Of a stretch of DNA of 64,000 nucleotides, positions 60,367 through 64,000 are shown piece by piece (the stretch's first letter is position 1; each line of letters starts with the position of its first letter). The stretch lies in assembly GCA_964347045.1 (NCBI GenBank), contig CAYFXC010000010.1:17312-81311 (forward strand). Reading direction: 5' to 3'. The stretch comes from an uncultured archaeon. GTDB lineage: Archaea > Asgardarchaeota > Hermodarchaeia > Hermodarchaeales > Hermodarchaeaceae. A model generated the notes under the pieces. That model did no database searches and was not told the origin of the DNA. It worked only from the letters and a program-made list of their open reading frames with translations. The position numbers and the translations under genes are program-made.

Positions 60367-60543
60367 TCAGTCACACCCAATTTACTATTTATGGTAAGGT
60401 TTGTTTGGAGTCCATTAAATTCCTTATAATGTTTTTTATTTTCCAAGCTATCAAAATGTAGGGGATTAGCTCGAGTCAGGTTCACTCGGTTCCCTACGAA
60501 TTTAAAAAAACAAGCTAGGCTATATTATGCTTGTTGTGATTTT

Positions 60544-61023
60544 ATGACGGGCAAAGAAGATGAGTTTGAAGAGATTTTAACGCAGGCATATAAACGCATG
60601 CACCGATATAGTTGTGCAGAAGCCTCATTACAAGCCCTGATGGCTCTGTGGAAACTACCAGAACAATATTCCTGGGCAACGGCAGGGTATTTAGGTGCCA
60701 TAACTTCAGGTCAGACTTCGTGTGGTCTGCTTATCGGTAGCAGCATTGCAATTGGTTTTCGGAGTGGTCAAAAAGTAAAAGGCATTCCAGAGCTAAACGA
60801 GCGTGAACGAAGCAGAGCCATTCACGCGGTGAACGAACTCTATTCAGAGTTCTTAAAGAAATTTCAGAGTAGCGACTGTAAGACTCTTAGTGAGGTAGAT
60901 TTCGTCAAACCTGAAGAAATTGCTCAATGGACGATTAGTAAAGGCTGGAAGAAGACCTGTGACATTTATCTTCATTTTGTGATAAACAAATGTGCACAGA
61001 TGGCTGAAATGGGAATATTATAA
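60544..61023 (+). CDS. C_GCAxxG_C_C family putative redox protein
   Basis: YSCAE, G.SCGLLIG, SSDC, KTC. Confidence 0.85.
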   Translation: MTGKEDEFEEILTQAYKRMHRYSCAEASLQALMALWKLPEQYSWATAGYLGAITSGQTSCGLLIGSSIAIGFRSGQKVKGIPELNERERSRAIHAVNELYSEFLKKFQSSDCKTLSEVDFVKPEEIAQWTISKGWKKTCDIYLHFVINKCAQMAEMGIL

Positions 61024-61282
61024 TCTCCAACCAGAAAGTAATGATCTTCAAATTACAGACCTTGAATAAGTCTACACACAGGGATCACCAAAAGTGACTA
61101 GATTAACAATTTGTAAAGGCGATTATTTTGTTTGCCTTTCATATGTCTGATTGGTCTAGTTGGCAGTTTCCGGAATACAAAAATTTATAAATGTTTACTA
61201 ATAATTAGTAAACATGTGGCAAAATCCTGAACAACTGAACTAGCAGGAATTAGCCATAAAAAGAGAAAACGAGGAAAACGCA

Positions 61283-61783
61283 ATGGGACTTCTCTCCCCT
61301 GATGAAGAGATGGTTTGGCAACAATTCCAACAAGGACAATCAACCAGCGATATTGCCAGTACGAGCACAAAGGAGAGTTGGTCAGTTTCGTATGTATCTC
61401 GTGTGTTAAACCGTGCAAGAAAAAAGATTGCGAAAGTATTGCAAGAGCATGCTCGAAGTCATCGCTTAGATGTTGAGAGTTTGTTGGATTACAAGGGGCT
61501 TCTGATAGGGTTTGACTATCAAGCCAACACTCAAGTATACATTATCTTTACAATACCAATGGGCATTGTCGTCTGGTATAAACATGAATCTTACGCTGGT
61601 AAGCTATGCCCAGAGTGCCCAAAACAACAAGAGTGCCGGTATACACTTGATGCAGTTATCAATGAATATAACATTACACTGCGACCAGATGAAAAGGAGC
61701 TCCCCATGACAAAGCAGTCCATTGCACTCTTCAATAAACTTGCTGCGAAAGAGATACCCCGGTATCAAAGGAGTGTGGAATAA
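61283..61783 (+). CDS. HTH protein with C-terminal CPECP...C motif
   Basis: STSDIAS...VSYVSRVLNRARKKI helix-turn-helix; GIVVWYKH...CPECP..EC. Confidence 0.75.
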   Translation: MGLLSPDEEMVWQQFQQGQSTSDIASTSTKESWSVSYVSRVLNRARKKIAKVLQEHARSHRLDVESLLDYKGLLIGFDYQANTQVYIIFTIPMGIVVWYKHESYAGKLCPECPKQQECRYTLDAVINEYNITLRPDEKELPMTKQSIALFNKLAAKEIPRYQRSVE

Positions 61784-62530
61784 TTGGGAAGGGAATATGA
61801 AGAAGCACGGGTGATTAAGCCTCCCGGCGAAAAGATCACCAGTGGCCGAGTGTTTAGACCTTCGAAAGCTCTGCGGAACAAGATGTGGCTTCAACAAGTT
61901 ATCCTAGCGCTATTCATCTACATACTATTCTTAGTATTTGTTGGAGGAATTGGTTCAATTATTAGTCTAGATGATCCAAGTGCATTTCTGTGGCTTGTAG
62001 CTTGGTGGGTGCCACTGAATATTGGAATGTGGATATTTAACCTAATTTGGCTGATTCCAGCTTGGATTCTAACGCCCCTCTATGTAGGAAGAATTGAATA
62101 TTCGGTAATTGCTAAGTCAGGTGAAACAATGCCTGAGGTTTATGTCCGGAAAGGTATTATTAGCATTACACGAAAGCATGTACCCTTCCGAACTATCACT
62201 AATATCAGCACTACTGCAGGACCTTTCGACCGGATTTTTGGTATTGGTAATGTTAATATCGAAACGGCTGGATATTCTGGGCAAAAATCAGGTCCCGAAG
62301 AAAAATTAGAAGGTTTTGAATTTTATGAGGAGTTGCGTGATTTCATTCTTCAAGAATTGCGAAAGTTCCGAGCACCATACACGATTGGTACTGAAGTCGT
62401 GAGTCCCCGGGAGGAACCAATACCAAAACTCCCTGACACATTGGACGATGAAATTCTTCTGACTCTTCGGGAAATCCGTGAAATCCTTTCGGAAATCGCT
62501 CGAAAACTCGAAAAAGCAAAACGCGATTAA
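61784..62530 (+). CDS. Membrane protein with bacterial PH (bPH_2) domain
   Basis: 2 TM, then VRKGII....HVPFRTITNI...GPFDRIFGIGNVNIETAG. Confidence 0.88.
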   Translation: MGREYEEARVIKPPGEKITSGRVFRPSKALRNKMWLQQVILALFIYILFLVFVGGIGSIISLDDPSAFLWLVAWWVPLNIGMWIFNLIWLIPAWILTPLYVGRIEYSVIAKSGETMPEVYVRKGIISITRKHVPFRTITNISTTAGPFDRIFGIGNVNIETAGYSGQKSGPEEKLEGFEFYEELRDFILQELRKFRAPYTIGTEVVSPREEPIPKLPDTLDDEILLTLREIREILSEIARKLEKAKRD

Positions 62531-62540
62531 ATCTAAACAG

Positions 62541-62574
62541 GAGGAAGAGTAGAATCTTCCTCTCCCTCTTTTTT
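62541..62574 (+). terminator. Hairpin plus U-tract terminator
   Basis: GAGGAAGA-GTAGAA-TCTTCCTC then TTTTTT. Confidence 0.6.
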
Positions 62575-62794
62575 ATTCTCAACTAAATGAATTAAACATC
62601 AACCTGATGTCACACGAGTTGACCAATGAAAACTTGCTTTTCGTACTTGACAAATTAGAAAAAATGAATTTCTATTTCTAAGAAAAACTTATTAAAAATT
62701 CTTAATTTTCGTCATCTATGGAGCTTTCTTAAGGGTACTTCTTGAAAGTCTTTGTTTGGAAAATTTAGATTTACTGGCAGGGGTGGCTAATTAG

Positions 62795-63643
62795 ATGATT
62801 CATCATGTCTTCATTATTGATGCGCGAGAAATGATTGTCGTGCAGAAGAAGTTTTGGATCATCGATGTGGATAAACAAGAAATGCAGCAATTTGCAACCC
62901 GTGTAAAAGCTAGTCAAATGGTTCAAATTGAAGTAATTGGTTCAACGAAATATATTGGACAGCCACTTGGACGTGGAGTCGTTGTTCTCTGTGCCGAGCC
63001 CGTTGATGAAGACACCACTCTTCTAGAAAGAATTGATAAAGTAACTTTTGAGTTTCGGCGGGTCATTTGCCACGAAGAAGATTTTGAAGCATTCATGATG
63101 AAAGTTGACAAATATGTAACAACGAAGCTCAAAATAAGTTTGTTGGGTTATGGCGGTGTCGGAAAAACAACAATGCTTCATTTGCTTAATGGGGGTGAAC
63201 CACCCCAAACGTATATTCCGACCATTGGAATTGATATCCAAAAAGTCGAAGGGGCTCGCATTGGCACCTACGAACTACTGGTGTGGGACTTTGCAGGACA
63301 AGACCGTTTTCGAAAATTGTGGAAGATGCTGTTTTCTCGGAGCCGTATTGTATTTCTAGTCACTGACTCAACATTAGAAAATGTGCTGCAAAGTAAGGAC
63401 ATTATCACCTTTCTCCATGAACAAGGCTTGTCCAGTGAAATCATTATCATTGCCAATAAACAGGATTTGAATGGAGCTCTTCAACCGCATCTCGTCCAGC
63501 GGCTTCTAGGCGTGAGAACATTTGGGCTCATTGCTATTGATCCCAATGACCGACAAAAAGCCCTTGATATAATTCATAAAAGTCTGGAACAAACAGTGGA
63601 CTGGGATCAATTAGAGGTCGATACCATTGATTTTCTACCCTAA
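62795..63643 (+). CDS. Arf/Rab-like small GTPase with N-terminal longin/roadblock-like domain
   Basis: G1 GYGGVGKT, G2 PTIG, G3 WDFAGQ, G4 NKQD; N-terminus MIHHVFIID is longin-like. Confidence 0.88.
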   Translation: MIHHVFIIDAREMIVVQKKFWIIDVDKQEMQQFATRVKASQMVQIEVIGSTKYIGQPLGRGVVVLCAEPVDEDTTLLERIDKVTFEFRRVICHEEDFEAFMMKVDKYVTTKLKISLLGYGGVGKTTMLHLLNGGEPPQTYIPTIGIDIQKVEGARIGTYELLVWDFAGQDRFRKLWKMLFSRSRIVFLVTDSTLENVLQSKDIITFLHEQGLSSEIIIIANKQDLNGALQPHLVQRLLGVRTFGLIAIDPNDRQKALDIIHKSLEQTVDWDQLEVDTIDFLP

Positions 63644-63736
63644 ACAGAAGAGGAGTCATTAAACTAATTCTATTTGCCAAGAAATGTTTGTAAGGGCAGC
63701 GCATTTAATTAGGCTCAGCTCTGTCAAAGTTATCAA

Positions 63737-64000
63737 ATGACAGATATGGGAACTCAGACAGATACATTAGTAAAATCCCATTCAGGGAAATACTTAGTAA
63801 GTAAAGTACAAACTACTGAGAATCTCCGAACGGACATTGAGAAAGCTGTCGAACTCATCGGCGGATTCGACCAACTCATTCAGCCCGGCGATTTGGTCAC
63901 CATCAAACCAAACCTAAATACGGCTGATCCCTATCCCGCCTCCAGTGATGCGAATTTTATTCAAGCCTTGGGTGAAACCTTGCTTGCGGCAGGGGCAGGA
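63737..64000 (+). CDS. DUF362 family protein, N-terminal part (3'-truncated)
   Basis: Hand translation ...KAVELIGGFDQLIQPGDLVTIKPNLNTADPYPASSD...AGA. Confidence 0.8.
   Translation, partial: MTDMGTQTDTLVKSHSGKYLVSKVQTTENLRTDIEKAVELIGGFDQLIQPGDLVTIKPNLNTADPYPASSDANFIQALGETLLAAGAG

Noticed and set aside
60458-60500. tRNA gene
   Set aside because: Too short; no anticodon arm or T-loop.
34848-61023. Selenoprotein candidates (thioredoxin, C_GCAxxG_C_C protein)
   Set aside because: Active-site codons are TGT/TGC; no in-frame TGA and no SECIS recognised.
1-64000. DUF362 genes at both window ends suggesting circularity
   Set aside because: They are different parts of a commonly paralogous family with no sequence overlap, and the content is chromosomal.

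Overview
Archaeal chromosomal segment (about 42% GC by eye), most consistent with an Asgard archaeon. It carries an Arf/Rab-like small GTPase with an N-terminal extension, a membrane-anchored RING-like protein, many zinc-ribbon membrane proteins, and archaeal TATA/GGAGG-GGTGA signals. Content is mostly housekeeping and peptide-fermentation genes: mtnA, acdA, thiI, ade, dtxR-feoB plus a small Cys-rich gene, grpE-dnaK-dnaJ, tldD-pmbA, glnA, hisC, M1/M3/M24/M32 peptidases, transporters and two radical SAM enzymes. I found no rRNA, tRNA, CRISPR array, transposase or integrase. The best signals missed by the ORF track are: (i) a box C/D-type guide RNA with a long terminal stem (2484-2588, minus); (ii) a ~130-nt G-U-rich rod hairpin with an alternative CIRCE-spaced inverted repeat upstream of grpE-dnaK-dnaJ; (iii) repeated dif-like CATAATGTGAG motifs bracketing a small-gene island (58.9-60.1 kb); (iv) a perfect polypurine mirror repeat/G4 motif after an SCP2 gene with extreme C/A codon skew; (v) a catalytically dead clostripain-like surface protein; (vi) a tandem Zn-binding repeat protein pair; (vii) several small unannotated ORFs and two pseudogenes. 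All calls were made by eye from motifs; no searches were run.
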